64,000 bases of DNA from a virus, in the IMG/VR virus record IMGVR_UViG_2617270889_000001; one strand, 5' to 3'. The position numbers and the translations under genes are program-made. How positions within the stretch are numbered: position 1 is the first letter of the stretch; each line of letters opens with the position of its first letter. This document shows positions 16,540 through 28,200 of this stretch, one piece after another. The notes under the pieces were generated by a model. It was not told where the DNA came from and did not search any database. It saw only the letters and a list, made by a program, of their open reading frames with translations.

Positions 16540-18584
16540 ATATATATAATATTGCCATCTGAACTTACTACAATATTGCCCGAACTATCTATCAATATTC
16601 TTTCAAAATTAACCCCACCACCCGTAGCTGGGGGAAAGGCAAAAGTTAAATAGGCGTGGGTAATAGTTCCAGCATTAATTACAGTGGGCGGTTCACCCTC
16701 ATCTAAAATAGTAATTGCAGGGTTAACCTCAATTGTCCCCGGCTCTAATTCTCCTTCAAATTCATAAACGCATGGTGGGGATGCGTGGCTAATTGAGGTG
16801 ATTTGGTTGCCATCGTAAACAAAACTGTAAGATACGCGGTAACTGGTAGATGGGAAGTTGCCAGTAATTGCAGGCGCGATCGCCCCTGTCAATGGCGCAA
16901 ATAAAGAGAAATCGTCGTCAGCAAATAGTAAATCGCTGACGACACCCGCAGCCCAATTACTGATAGTAAATTGCTGTGAACTTGCGGCCACCACGCCAAA
17001 CCCAGAGAAACGGCGGATTTCTAGAGTATCCTGTCTTTGTAAATAAATATTTACACTGAAGGGATTAAACAACCCTTTGTTTTTGCTGATATCATCTGCG
17101 ATCACGTCTGGGTAATTAGCGCGAATCATTCCCACGCCATTTACTGTGCAAGGATAAGAAAGAATTAGAGTAGCTCCCGCAGTTATTGCGACGTAGCCAC
17201 TCCAACCACCAGGAGAGCTTTCCCCCGCCAGAGTAGAAACGATCGCCCTTATTCCTTCACTACTAGTTCGCGTATAACTTGGTGATTCCGTAAAAACGTC
17301 TCCATTGCCATTAATAACTACTTTTTGTCCTGCTAAATTTGGTTGCAGATTCCCAAAAGTCCGCCGAGGTTTTTCAGGTGGGTTATAGCTGCCAATTAAG
17401 GGTATCCCTCTCAGCACATCGTAACTTAGCCCAAAATTGGGCACTACTCGATAGCGATCGCCAACATCAATAATTACTCCGCCAACTGTTTGCGTATACG
17501 ACAAAAGTAACCCTACAGGGTTGTAGTCGCCCGATTGCACGCGGGTTGCTGGGAATACACCAATGATGTCTTTTACAGTGAATTCAGCAGCTGCAAAAAA
17601 TGGTTTTACTGCAAGGGCGATCGCCTCTGTTGGCTGTAAGTCGTCAATTGTAATAAAAGGCGTGGTTAGTTTTGGTGTCCAAGGGAAGTCTGCACCGCAA
17701 TTTGGGAAGTCCCGCCCATCACCATCTTGGGTTCTGATGCTGCCATCGGCTTTCACAAATCCGATGAACTTCACCATGAATAAGCCACTGAGCAGATCGG
17801 GACTACGCTTGTTATTGTATTCCAACTCAATTCCAAACTCTGTCCCCGCCGGAATTGCGTTTGGACTGTCATTGTAAATCCAATATTTTGCCTCCCACGC
17901 CGGGAGATACTTACTTAAAGTTTCCCCTGGATAAGGGGGAGTGGGAATTGTGGTAATTGGATTTATTGAATTGATGGGGCGATCGCTCCCCACCCCAGCA
18001 CGAGTATCGCTCACGTAGGTTGATGGGCCGCCAACTCGTACCCACTGGCCAATATCAGCGGCAATTACATCTGGAGATAAAGGTAAATTTGAATTAGCGC
18101 GATACTCCACAAAAATTGAGAGGGCGGTAATAAATCGCACTTGCCCGTCAAGGCGATCCGCTCCACTAGGAAGGCTCCCTACGCTGGTCACGGAAGGAGC
18201 TAACGCAGTGTGAATACTGCGGGTCAATTCTAGGACTGCTGGCAACAGTGTTTTTACCGACTGCGGTTCAATACCAATGCCGTATTGGAATGCAGCGACG
18301 CGAGCAATTTGGACGTGAGTGGAGGGGTCGTTTGTCACCCCAGCACTGACAACAAAATAATGTACATCCCAACCATCGGGCATTTCGGGGATGGTGATGA
18401 TGATTTTTTGATTGGTGGAGTAGGCGATCGCACCACTTACACTTGGCTTATTGAATCCAGCGCGGTTTTGTAGTTGGAAAGAAAAATAAATTGTTCCAGC
18501 AGTGAGACTACCGCCGTTAGTAGCGCCAACATCAAACAAGGGGCAAGTTTCACCAACTCCGGCATATTGGGCGATTAATGCCAT
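16536..18584 (-). CDS. Tail/baseplate structural protein (682 aa)
   Basis: Beta-rich, in coupled operon downstream of the tape measure. Confidence 0.6.
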   Translation of the reverse strand: MALIAQYAGVGETCPLFDVGATNGGSLTAGTIYFSFQLQNRAGFNKPSVSGAIAYSTNQKIIITIPEMPDGWDVHYFVVSAGVTNDPSTHVQIARVAAFQYGIGIEPQSVKTLLPAVLELTRSIHTALAPSVTSVGSLPSGADRLDGQVRFITALSIFVEYRANSNLPLSPDVIAADIGQWVRVGGPSTYVSDTRAGVGSDRPINSINPITTIPTPPYPGETLSKYLPAWEAKYWIYNDSPNAIPAGTEFGIELEYNNKRSPDLLSGLFMVKFIGFVKADGSIRTQDGDGRDFPNCGADFPWTPKLTTPFITIDDLQPTEAIALAVKPFFAAAEFTVKDIIGVFPATRVQSGDYNPVGLLLSYTQTVGGVIIDVGDRYRVVPNFGLSYDVLRGIPLIGSYNPPEKPRRTFGNLQPNLAGQKVVINGNGDVFTESPSYTRTSSEGIRAIVSTLAGESSPGGWSGYVAITAGATLILSYPCTVNGVGMIRANYPDVIADDISKNKGLFNPFSVNIYLQRQDTLEIRRFSGFGVVAASSQQFTISNWAAGVVSDLLFADDDFSLFAPLTGAIAPAITGNFPSTSYRVSYSFVYDGNQITSISHASPPCVYEFEGELEPGTIEVNPAITILDEGEPPTVINAGTITHAYLTFAFPPATGGGVNFERILIDSSGNIVVSSDGNIIYI

Positions 18585-19405
18585 TAAACTTGTCTCCCTA
18601 ATGCAGTTTGCAATGCTTGAACTGCGCTATAAAATGCAGTAGCTTGTGTTGGTGTAATGCCAGTTCCAATGCTGTGAAAGCCGCAAATTAAATTAGAATT
18701 TCTTCCAAAAGCAGATCCCGACCAACTACCAAATATAGAAACTTCAGCAGTGGATAAAGCATTAGTAGTAAAAGCCGTATCAATTCCTACTTGATTGCCT
18801 CTATAAAATAAATACCCCAAGTTTGCAGCAGTATTAGAACCTATCAAATGTCCAGGAACTATGTTGTTTGCGTAAGCTGCTACAACTTCAGCACCAGAAC
18901 CAAGAACTGACTGGACGTTATTGCCATTTCTTTCTAATCTAAAATTCCCAACACTATTACATCCAAGATATGCAGCAGGACTAGCCCCTGTTACTGCTCC
19001 TGCATTCCTAGCATATACGCTCAAATGCTGATTAAAAGAAGTAGTAAGTTGAACGCTAGGAATAAACCCAGTTTTTAAATATTTAGTTCCGCTGGTATCA
19101 CCAGTCAATCCAGTGGTTTCTGAGTAATTACCAGGAGCAAAGCCCACATTTGTCAGTGAAGATTGAATGTTACCTGGGTATTTCAATTTAACTAAAGCTG
19201 CTGCTAATTCATTACCTGCATACGGCGCAATTTCTAATAAAGAATCCCAGAAATTGTTTAGTTTAGCAGTGGTAATAAAAGTATCAATAGCATTTAAGCT
19301 GGAATTTGATATACTCCCGCCTACTGCAATTATTCTATTTTTGAAGCTAGTTATATCGGAATTAAGTTTAGATGTACCTAGTTTTGAGCCAATAATTAGT
19401 GCCAT
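18584..19405 (-). CDS. Concanavalin A/LamG-like lectin-type virion protein
   Basis: G/N/S/T-rich beta pattern (GDTSGTKYLKTGF, HLSVYAR, AFYSAVQALQTALGR) typical of phage glycan-binding domains. Confidence 0.5.
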   Translation of the reverse strand: MALIIGSKLGTSKLNSDITSFKNRIIAVGGSISNSSLNAIDTFITTAKLNNFWDSLLEIAPYAGNELAAALVKLKYPGNIQSSLTNVGFAPGNYSETTGLTGDTSGTKYLKTGFIPSVQLTTSFNQHLSVYARNAGAVTGASPAAYLGCNSVGNFRLERNGNNVQSVLGSGAEVVAAYANNIVPGHLIGSNTAANLGYLFYRGNQVGIDTAFTTNALSTAEVSIFGSWSGSAFGRNSNLICGFHSIGTGITPTQATAFYSAVQALQTALGRQV

Positions 19406-19861
19406 CTAATTTAATGCCTCTTGCACCTCTTGTTCGTTTACGGGATAAATTTTTAGTTCTTCAGCACGCGACTGCCCAGGTATTTGAGCCTGCCAATTTG
19501 GATCGGGTTCTGTAAGCGCAAGTAAAGCTGTGAGATTATCTTTACTATTTTGAGATATAAAAGTCTTCACTATTTCAAATAGTATTGAAATATTTATTCT
19601 GTCGTTTGCATTGATGACCATTTCAATTCTGTCTAGCAACCCCGGTATTTTAAATGTTTCTAAAGCTTCTTGCGGCGTTATCCCTTGTTGGAATAAATCA
19701 ACCAAAGTTAATTGTTTTGGTAATTTTTCTTGTGGTACGGGATTATTGATTAGCGGTTTTTGATTCAGCAGAGAAGCGATCGCGGGAAAATTCTGCGCTG
19801 TTACCAATTGCTCGTATTCTGATAATTCGAGTTCGTCTCTAAGGATTGTAATTTTACTCAT
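19406..19861 (-). CDS. Tail fibre assembly-like hypothetical protein
   Basis: Position between fibre-like genes; helical and acidic. Confidence 0.5.
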   Translation of the reverse strand: MSKITILRDELELSEYEQLVTAQNFPAIASLLNQKPLINNPVPQEKLPKQLTLVDLFQQGITPQEALETFKIPGLLDRIEMVINANDRINISILFEIVKTFISQNSKDNLTALLALTEPDPNWQAQIPGQSRAEELKIYPVNEQEVQEALN

Positions 19862-20415
19862 AATGTGTAGTAATGGAATGCGTAATTAACTGAATTTGCA
19901 CCGGATAAGCTAAGGACTAATGCTGTATTCGCGTCTAATCTTAGTTCTCTATTTAAAAAGTAATTAATGGCTAAACCGTCCCCCTGATTTTGACATAAAA
20001 TTCTTTCTTTCGTCGTAGCACCGGATTTTAATATTATGGTTGTTGCGGTACTTGCTTCAAGTTGAATTTTTAAATAGCTAATATTTATTGATATTCCCGT
20101 TCCAGGTGCGGCAATAATCGTATTGTCTCCAACAGTGTTGATTGTCCCAGCAATTATTGTGATAGCAGGTCTATCAAAGAGTGTTGCTAGTCTTTGCAGC
20201 AGTCGCTTGAAAAGGCTAATCAGGGTTGCATTAGCAGTGTCGCTATTTGCCGGGATATCTGAAATTGTCCCAATGGCTGAAGAATCACTTGCAGCGATAT
20301 CCAGTTTTCCGTTAGCCCCAACAGCGATCGCCCTTACCTTGCCATCTGCATCTACCCCGCCTATTACGTGAGTTTGTAAAGTTCCTGTAGAATCATTCCC
20401 ATTTTCAAATCCCAT
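19858..20415 (-). CDS. Virion accessory protein; N-terminus paralogous to 21305-21688
   Basis: MGFENGNDSTGTLQTHVIGGVDADGKVRAIAV. Confidence 0.65.
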   Translation of the reverse strand: MGFENGNDSTGTLQTHVIGGVDADGKVRAIAVGANGKLDIAASDSSAIGTISDIPANSDTANATLISLFKRLLQRLATLFDRPAITIIAGTINTVGDNTIIAAPGTGISINISYLKIQLEASTATTIILKSGATTKERILCQNQGDGLAINYFLNRELRLDANTALVLSLSGANSVNYAFHYYTL

Positions 20416-20984
20416 TATCTTGCTAACCTGTATTGAATTAAAGCAATGGGCGCTCTTATGTTGGGAGCTAAAGCAGTTTTTACAAAAGTGGTATTAAATC
20501 CTGCGCCCAACTTTGAATATTTGGTATTAATTGCATTACTACTTTTACAAATATAATCGGTAGTCTCCCCTCCATTGCCAGCGGTAATATTGATTGATTG
20601 TAAATTTGACGTGGTGTTTCTAAACTGCAACGCCCAGTAATTTGCAGCGCTCAAATTACCAGACAAGACGCGAAACATTCCATGAATTTTGTATAGATAA
20701 ATATCATAATCGTTGCCTTGGTTGAAAGGAATATTATCAGTTGTGGCAGAAATATCGCCAATCACGCCGCCAATTAATACTCCCTGTCCTGACCAAGCAT
20801 GAATTGATTGCTGATACAGTTTTCTAGATAGCCACAAAGATCCATTCCAAAACCACTCCATTACTAAGTCGTTGTTTGCATCGACTTCATTGTGGCGATC
20901 GCCCCGATTGGGTGACAAGGGAACACCAATAGAAGTAGTTTCTTTTATAGTTATTTGAGGCGTAAAACTAATATCGGTAGGCAT
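20415..20984 (-). CDS. Tail fibre-like small protein
   Basis: PNRGDRHNEVD...WFWNGSLWLS fibre-type motif. Confidence 0.55.
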   Translation of the reverse strand: MPTDISFTPQITIKETTSIGVPLSPNRGDRHNEVDANNDLVMEWFWNGSLWLSRKLYQQSIHAWSGQGVLIGGVIGDISATTDNIPFNQGNDYDIYLYKIHGMFRVLSGNLSAANYWALQFRNTTSNLQSINITAGNGGETTDYICKSSNAINTKYSKLGAGFNTTFVKTALAPNIRAPIALIQYRLAR

Positions 20985-21007
20985 GCTTCAAGTCCGCAGA
21001 GGAACGA

Positions 21008-21295
21008 TTAGGAAAGTGAGGATATCCAAAAGGTTGTGCCAGTAGCAGTTGCAGCTGCATCTTTTGTCGGGTCGTAAGCGATCGCTCCTATGGTGTCGTT
21101 TCCTGTAGTTTCCCAAGAAAGCCCTTGACCGGGTACTATATTAGCTCCTAAGACAATGCCATTTTTAGTTCCCGCATTGTAAATAAAAACTGATTTTGCC
21201 CCCGCCGCTATACTCCCTGCTGTTGTTACAGTTAAATATCCGGGCGCTCTTTGGACACCTGCGACTGTTGATTGAGCTTGATAACTAATAGCCAT
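21008..21295 (-). CDS. Small virion beta-sandwich protein; paralogous to the C-terminus of 21305-21688
   Basis: IAAGAKSVFIYNAG...LSWETTGNDTIGAIAYD. Confidence 0.65.
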   Translation of the reverse strand: MAISYQAQSTVAGVQRAPGYLTVTTAGSIAAGAKSVFIYNAGTKNGIVLGANIVPGQGLSWETTGNDTIGAIAYDPTKDAAATATGTTFWISSLS

Positions 21296-21304
21296 ATTTA
21301 CTCC

Positions 21305-21688
21305 TTAAGTCAAAGTAACTAACATGAAGATTGTGTCTGTTGCATTATAAGAAATTTCAGCTATTGTGTCGTTACCTGTTGCTTCCAAAGATACCGAATC
21401 CCCCGGCAAAAATTCGGTTTCAAGAAGCAATCCAGCAGATCCTCCAATATTGGCAACAAAAACCATTTTTGTCCCAGCAGGGATAACATTTTCGTCACTG
21501 ACTTTTTTAATATCGGGTTTTCTTTGTATTCCCGAATCAACAGGTGTAATACTAACACCTTCACCAATTGATTGTATCCTTCCATTTTCGTCAACAGCGA
21601 TCGCTCTAACTTTGCCTTGAGAATCTACCCCACCTATTAAGTAGGTTTGTAGAGTCCCTGTAGAGTCGTTGCCGTTTTCAAATCCCAT
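21305..21688 (-). CDS. Small virion protein, chimera of the modules in 19858-20415 and 21008-21295
   Basis: MGFENGNDSTGTLQT... N-terminus plus IPAGTKMVFVANIG...LEATGNDTIAEISYN C-terminus. Confidence 0.65.
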   Translation of the reverse strand: MGFENGNDSTGTLQTYLIGGVDSQGKVRAIAVDENGRIQSIGEGVSITPVDSGIQRKPDIKKVSDENVIPAGTKMVFVANIGGSAGLLLETEFLPGDSVSLEATGNDTIAEISYNATDTIFMLVTLT

Positions 21689-21690
21689 AT

Positions 21691-22263
21691 CTACTTAAGT
21701 CTTAAATTAACTTCAGTGAAAGTGAGCGACCAATTACTATTTATATAATTTTGGTCGTAGCCAAGAGGTGGAGTTTCATCAATAATCATTTCTCCATATC
21801 TAACTGTGGCTAATCTATTGTTGTAAATAAAGCGATCGCCTAATTCCACACTACAAAAGTCAACTACCTTGATTGGGCTGAATTGATTGTATTTACTAGA
21901 CTCCGAAATCAGGATTAATTTTTGTAAAACCTCCAGAATTACTCGCTCTTTTTGAATAACTGTTGCTTTAAATCCCCGTTTAATTGTACTTGCACCATAG
22001 CCAGTACGACTAAAAGTAGTCTTCAAACCTGGGCTATCCCCTAATCTATTTGTTTCTGGTGAATAGTCGGTGAATAATTTTAAATAAACATAGTTATTTG
22101 TGTCTGTTTCTTGATAATGGGTAGGGTCAAATAAATAAAACCATTTAGATGCAATTTGCAAATCCTCAATGACTGCAACGGGAGTTAGTACTAGCAATGG
22201 AAGTCTGGCTAGTTTTCGCTGACAGTTAATTTGAGCATTGGCGATCGCTTCTAATATGGTCAT
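21691..22263 (-). CDS. Distal tail-like protein
   Basis: Immediately downstream of the tape measure; ends WSLTFTEV. Confidence 0.5.
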   Translation of the reverse strand: MTILEAIANAQINCQRKLARLPLLVLTPVAVIEDLQIASKWFYLFDPTHYQETDTNNYVYLKLFTDYSPETNRLGDSPGLKTTFSRTGYGASTIKRGFKATVIQKERVILEVLQKLILISESSKYNQFSPIKVVDFCSVELGDRFIYNNRLATVRYGEMIIDETPPLGYDQNYINSNWSLTFTEVNLRLK

Positions 22264-25200
22264 GATCTTTGTATCAAAACTCCTAAATCATATAATTCTT
22301 TTCTAATATCTGTCACTGTTTGAGTAGCTGCTTTTTTGGCATCATCTCCATTAAAATTATTGACAATCGAGACTGGTACATTTGCCTCCGTTGGTGTTGA
22401 TAGTTTTTGTTCTACTAAGGTATTGAGTTTATTCACTGCCTCAATAATTCCCGCTTGCCCCAAAGTATTTAAATCTTGGGAGGATAGTTTTTGTGGTAGC
22501 TTATAACCAAACTCCTGAAACCTACTTAATTGATCCTGACGGAACTTTTCAAAATCAGGGAATTGTAATTGTAAAGATGGAGTTTCAGGATTGATTCTGT
22601 TGGCGACTCGATCCGCTCTAAACTGCTGCAAAGGTTCAAGCGTACCCTCTCCAAGAAAGCGAGATTTGGTTGCTGCAACAAACGCTTCCCCTGTGCTACC
22701 AACTTCATCTCTCCCTACACCCAGCGCACGGGATAAGGAGCGATCGCGGATATCGCGCAATAACCGCCGTCCTTCCCTTGGGTTAAGAGATTGAGCAAAT
22801 TCTACCTGTGCTTGGTCGCGCTGTAAAAGCGATCGCTCATTAAAACTTTGCTTTTCTAATCCCCCTAGTGTTGATTGAATTTTTCCCTGCTGGTCTAACA
22901 GTCTCCCCGCGAACTTAGTACTAATTGCTTCCTCTACCTTTGCTTGCAAATTAAGCTGTGCAGCTTCAATACTTTGGGGTGTGGCATTGGGGTCGAGTTG
23001 GGCTTTTGCAAGGTCGGATTGGGCTTGAGCAATACCAGCTTTACTTTGCGCTTGGGATACACGATTACGAATTTTCTCTTGTTCTAATTGTGCTGCTTGC
23101 TGGGCTAAATTTAAATCTAGTACCTGACCTTCTATAGTTAGTTGCCTCTCTAGAGATTGAATTTTAATAGCTGCAATTAGTTGAGCAATGTCTTTTCTTT
23201 GGCGGTCATTTTTAGATAATTCAGAGGCGATTTGCAATTCACCTGTAACAAAATCTACCCGCCCTTTGACGAAGGTTTGAGTGGCTTGTAGTACGCTTTT
23301 TTGCTGGTCGTAAGCTTTGGATACAGCTTCACTCTGTTGGATTTGAATTTGTCCCGCTAGGTTAATTCGCTGGGATGCTAATTCAATATCCTTAACCTGC
23401 TTTTCGATACCCGCTTGCACCTCACGGCGACGGGTAAGGGTTAGCTCAATTTGGGCATCAGTTTGCGCTATTCCTTGTTTTATGTTTAATTCCTTTTGGG
23501 AATTCTCAGCAATTTGAGACTGCTGAACTTTGGAGCGTTCAAGGCGATCGCCCTGTTCTTGTAACAAATCTGATTGCTGTTGCGCCCCTTGTATCTGTAG
23601 CTCAATAGCTTTGATTTCTTCAGGCGATCGCTTATCTCGATTCGCCCTAATTAACTCTAAATTTAACTCCGCCAATTGGCGTTGATTTTCAATCTTCTGA
23701 ATTCGGAGTTGAATTGTTTCCCGCTCTAAATTCAACTTGTTAATTTGGGTTTGAGTTGCAAGTGATACTTGCTCTTGCTGCTGAGTTACTGCCAGATTTT
23801 TAACTTTATTCTCGGCAATTTGGGTTTCAATTGCGGCACGCTTCTCTAAGTCTCCAGTGAATTTGAGTTGGTTTTGTAGTCCTGATTCAGTCGCCTGGTT
23901 GAGTACGCCCTGTAATTGATTAGCGGAATTTAGTAACTGCGATCGCTGTTCGATATCTTTGGATTGGGAATCAACACCACTGCTTTGGCGTTGTAAGGTG
24001 AGGGTTTGCAGTTGCGTAGTATTGGCAATGATGCGCTTTTGGCGTTCTTGTTCTAAGTTGAGTAGGCGCTCGACTTCTGCGGCTTCTTGCTGTCTGAGTT
24101 GAGAACGAGCGATCGCAATTTTGTTGCTGAGTTCTACACTGGTTTGACCTGATTTATTGAAGTCTTGAACCAAGTTATTGAGGCGATCGCGGGAAGCTTT
24201 AATCTGAATTTGAGATATCTGGGTTTGGGCATCTCGCTCAGTAATTTGGCGCTCAGACTGACGCGCTTTGATTTGTTCAATCTCAATATTAAATGCCTCC
24301 TGGCGCAATCCTCGCCGCTTCTCCAGTTGGCGATTATCTTCAGCCGTTACCGTTTGCTCGATTTGCACCCTAATGGCGGCTGCTTCTCTTTCTAACTGTG
24401 CCTTACGAACTGGGAATTGAGCATACTCCTTAATCTCAATTTCCTTTTGAATTAGTGTTTCTCTTATGCCTTGGAGTTGAATTTTGGCAATTTCTTTTTC
24501 AGCGTCTTCCGTACTGATTACTCTCTGTTGCTGCTGCAACTTAACTCGTTCAGCCCCTACTTTAAGTTCTTCTGAAATCTGTTTTGAATTCGATTGAGCA
24601 ATCTCTGATATTTGTCCGGTAGCTGCAAGGCGATCGCTCTGGGATAACCTAAAGCCTTCCGTGCCATCGGGTAGTTTGATTTTGTCGTCTCTAACTGCTC
24701 TTAACCGTTTTATGACCTCTGCCTCTGCTGCCCCTGTAGGTGCAAACAACGGTTTACCGTCTTGGGTTGGCCCTGCTAGTTGCTCAAATAATCCACCTTG
24801 GTAAGATTCTAAAACCTGTGATTGCAATTGTGTCGCTTCATTTCTTAGAGTAGAAATATCTTTGAGGAATGGGGTAGCTTTGCCTTGGGCATCAAGTTTA
24901 AATTGTTGCCCAAAGTTAGCTTGAGCATTGCCCAAAGCTTGCCCCAAGTTCGACGATTCGGTGATTGCTCTTTTTAGTCCGGGAAGGGTTTCGGTATAGT
25001 ATTTTGTAAACTCTTCCCGCCCTGCTTTGAGTGCTTCGTTGCGTTTCTCTAGGGTTTGGCGTTCGGTTTCGAGTAGTTTAATGCGATCGTCAAAAGTTGC
25101 CTTAAGCTCAGGGTCTTTGATACCCTCGGAGACTTTCTTTTGTTCCGCAATATTTTTCTCAATTCCAGAAATTAAATTTTCATTCCTGGCTTTTTGAGCA

Positions 25201-28200
25201 TTGAAAATTTGATTTTCCCGCTCTAAATCATCAGCAGTTAGCTTTGTCCCCTTCCTTAGTTTTTCATTGGTTTCTGAAGTTAAACCCAACGCACTACGGT
25301 ACTGATTAATTTTTTCCGCAGTGGCTAGCGATTGCTCACCTACAACATCAAGGGCTATTCCAGTCTGACTGAAATTTTGGATTAACCTATCAGATTCTCT
25401 ATTTTGTCCAGTTTTGGACACCGCCCCTGCCGGATCTGTAAAGACAGTTGGGTTTGTCGTGAAAGCTGCTAGAGAATTTGCGGCAAGATCAATCGAACTT
25501 CCAATTGTCCCAGGTATCCCCCCGAAAAATTCCCCAACGCGATCGCCAAATCCTTTTTCTGGCGTTCCGGTTGCACCTTGGCGAATTGCTTCTAGCTGAG
25601 ATTTAAACTCCTCTAGTCCCTTAGTAGTTAATTGCCCCTGATCGCCTACTCTCGCCAAGGTTTCACGGAGTTGGTTGAATTGCCCAGTGGTTAGATCGCC
25701 GGATAATCTCAGTTGCTCAAGACGCGATTCTACCTGGGTTGCTGATGCATCGGGGACAATTTCAGCTTTGAATTGCAGTAAGCGTTTCTCCGTCCCAAAC
25801 TGCTTAAATAAATCTGTATCCTGTTTGAGGACTTCCCCTAACCCTGTGGCAGCTTCATTTGCGGCTTTTCGCAAGCCAAATAAATCTTCTCTGAATATGG
25901 CGATCGCTGCTGCTCCAAGTGCAAGCAATGGGCCAAGCGGGCCAAGTGTACCCAGTAATCCTGAAATTGCATTGCCAGCTACACCAAAACCACCTTTAAG
26001 CAGATTGAGACTGCCAACTACCCCACCCTTAAGGACATTGGCGAGTAGTCCAGAACTACCAGAAAGCAAACCTTGCGCTGTTGCCAGCCCCCGTGTCAAA
26101 CCTGTGTTGATAGTCTTGAGGCTGATTTCGGTCGTCAGTAATGTATTAATTGCCCCCAACGGGCCAGTGGTTCCGAATAATACGTTTCTGCCAAATATCC
26201 GCGTTTGTGCAAGTCCTCGTTCTGCAAGTTCGTCAGCAGTTAAAACTACGGTGTGTGTGGCCGTTGCTGTAGTTGCAGATGCAAGTACGGTGGCTTGAGC
26301 AGCGATCGCCCCTGTTGCTTTTGTAGCTCCCTGTTTTACATTTTCATAAGCGATCGCTACCGTCGCCCCCGCATCAATAGACTTGATATTTTCAAAACTA
26401 GAGGCTACTGCCTTCCCAACAATATCTGCCTCTTGCTTAATCCGCCCCAATCCAGATGCAAAGGGTTTACCATCAGCCCCTAATATTTGCGGTGGGGCAA
26501 AAGCCCCCACTGCTTCAGCAATCCCTAGACCAACATTTTTGGCACTTTGAGCAACTTCTCCCAAGGGGAGACGCGAAACGCGATCGGCTACTGCCTTCTT
26601 CCCTTGTTCTGCTGCACCTTTGGTATCGAGTCCGGTAAAGCCCGCAATGTTCTTGTTAAATACCTCACCCGCTTTGTTGCGAACTGCGGCGGCAGCTTTG
26701 GTGACAATATTTTGTTTCTCAAGCGCTCCCGTTGTTGCCTCTACACCAAGTCGAAACCGTTGGTCAATGCCAAATAGTTGTAATGCAACTGCTACCAGCC
26801 CTTTGCGCTGCACAATCAACTCTTTGATGACTGCCAACTCTTTCCCTAGTTGACCGGATAGCAGCAGTGAGATTGCCCTAACTTGCAAATAAGTTGATGC
26901 CAGGGTGAGCATCGTTTGAAATAGGATCGTTACCGCGCTTGCTGTGGCGCGGGTCGTAATCTGAAATACGATAAACTGTCCAACTGCTTGCTTAACTGGT
27001 TCTGGTAGTCCGCTAAAAAAGTTAGCAATTTTTTCTAATACATCAATACCAGGTTCAAATACTGGGGCAACAGAAGCGGCGATTTTAATGATTAATTCTT
27101 GGAACTTGTTGGCGATTTGTTGAAATTTGGAGATGCGATCGCCTGTAGCAATTTTAAATACTTCATCTAAACTACTAGCACTTGCACTATTGACACTTTG
27201 CAAAGTAGATGAAAGCTTTTGCCCGTCTTGAGCGAGCAGTGCCAATACTGTACGGAATGCTACCTCTTCCGGGAAAATATCTTGCAATACCTTGGCATTT
27301 CCACCGGCTGCTTTATTGAGATCGATCAGCGCTTGGGTAAAACCTTTGGCTTGAATTTCTGCTTGGTCAAAACGGATCTTTTGTCCATTGAGTGAGAGTT
27401 TATCAAGTGCCTTTTGCGCTTCTGGTGTCTTTTGAATGATAGTCCCAGCAATTCGCTGTACTCCGGTTAGTGCGGTTGCAGTATTCACCCCTTGAGTTGT
27501 TAGCACTGCTGTACTTGCGGCAAGGTCAGTTAATCCAATTCCTGCTGTTTTGGCGCTCGTCGCGGTTTGTCCAAATCCCAGTGATAACTCTTGGATTGTT
27601 GTCAAACCAGATTCAACAATACTATTTAAGATTGCGGCTGCTTTGCCGGATTCACCGGCTGATAACTGGTAGGCGTTAAGGGTTTTAGTCAGGAGTCGCA
27701 ACGTTTCACCAGGATCGGCAGACGATCCACCAGCTTGCCCAATACCCACCAGCTTTAGCCCATTTGTTAAAACCTGTTGTGAGTCGGCGGCTTTGGTGAA
27801 TCCTGACGATAAAACCTCGTACTGTCCGGTTAATGCATTTGTAGAGGAGACAGTATTGTTTAATTGCTTGTTTACAATATCCTGAACTTGGAAGGCGTTT
27901 TGTAACTGCTCTTGCTGGTTGGCGCGGAGAGCATTACCTGCTGCGTCAAAGTTAACGTTACTTCTAAGAATGGTTCCCGCACGGGACGCTGCTTGTTCAA
28001 ATCTTCCTAAATTTTGTACTGCCGATATCGCAAAGGCATCTAATGAGGCTTCACTACCTTTAACGGCATCAGTGAGAGTGTAAAAGTCCTCAATACCCTG
28101 AGTACTAACCCCAGACGATCGCAACAAATCTAAAGTTTGCGGTATCCGAGCGTACACTGCCGCCGCATCCTGTACGCCCTTAGCAAAGGTGAGCGCCTGC

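Noticed and set aside
14375-21688. Diversity-generating retroelement acting on tail genes
   Set aside because: No reverse transcriptase in the window, and the duplicated 95-bp segments differ at all base types and lie at gene 5' ends, unlike adenine-specific TR/VR pairs.
22526-27679. Plus-strand ORFs within the tape measure gene (e.g. 25675-26298)
   Set aside because: Antisense shadows of a long coding frame, S/P/A-rich with no motifs or RBS. The same applies to most short overlapping ORFs in the track elsewhere.
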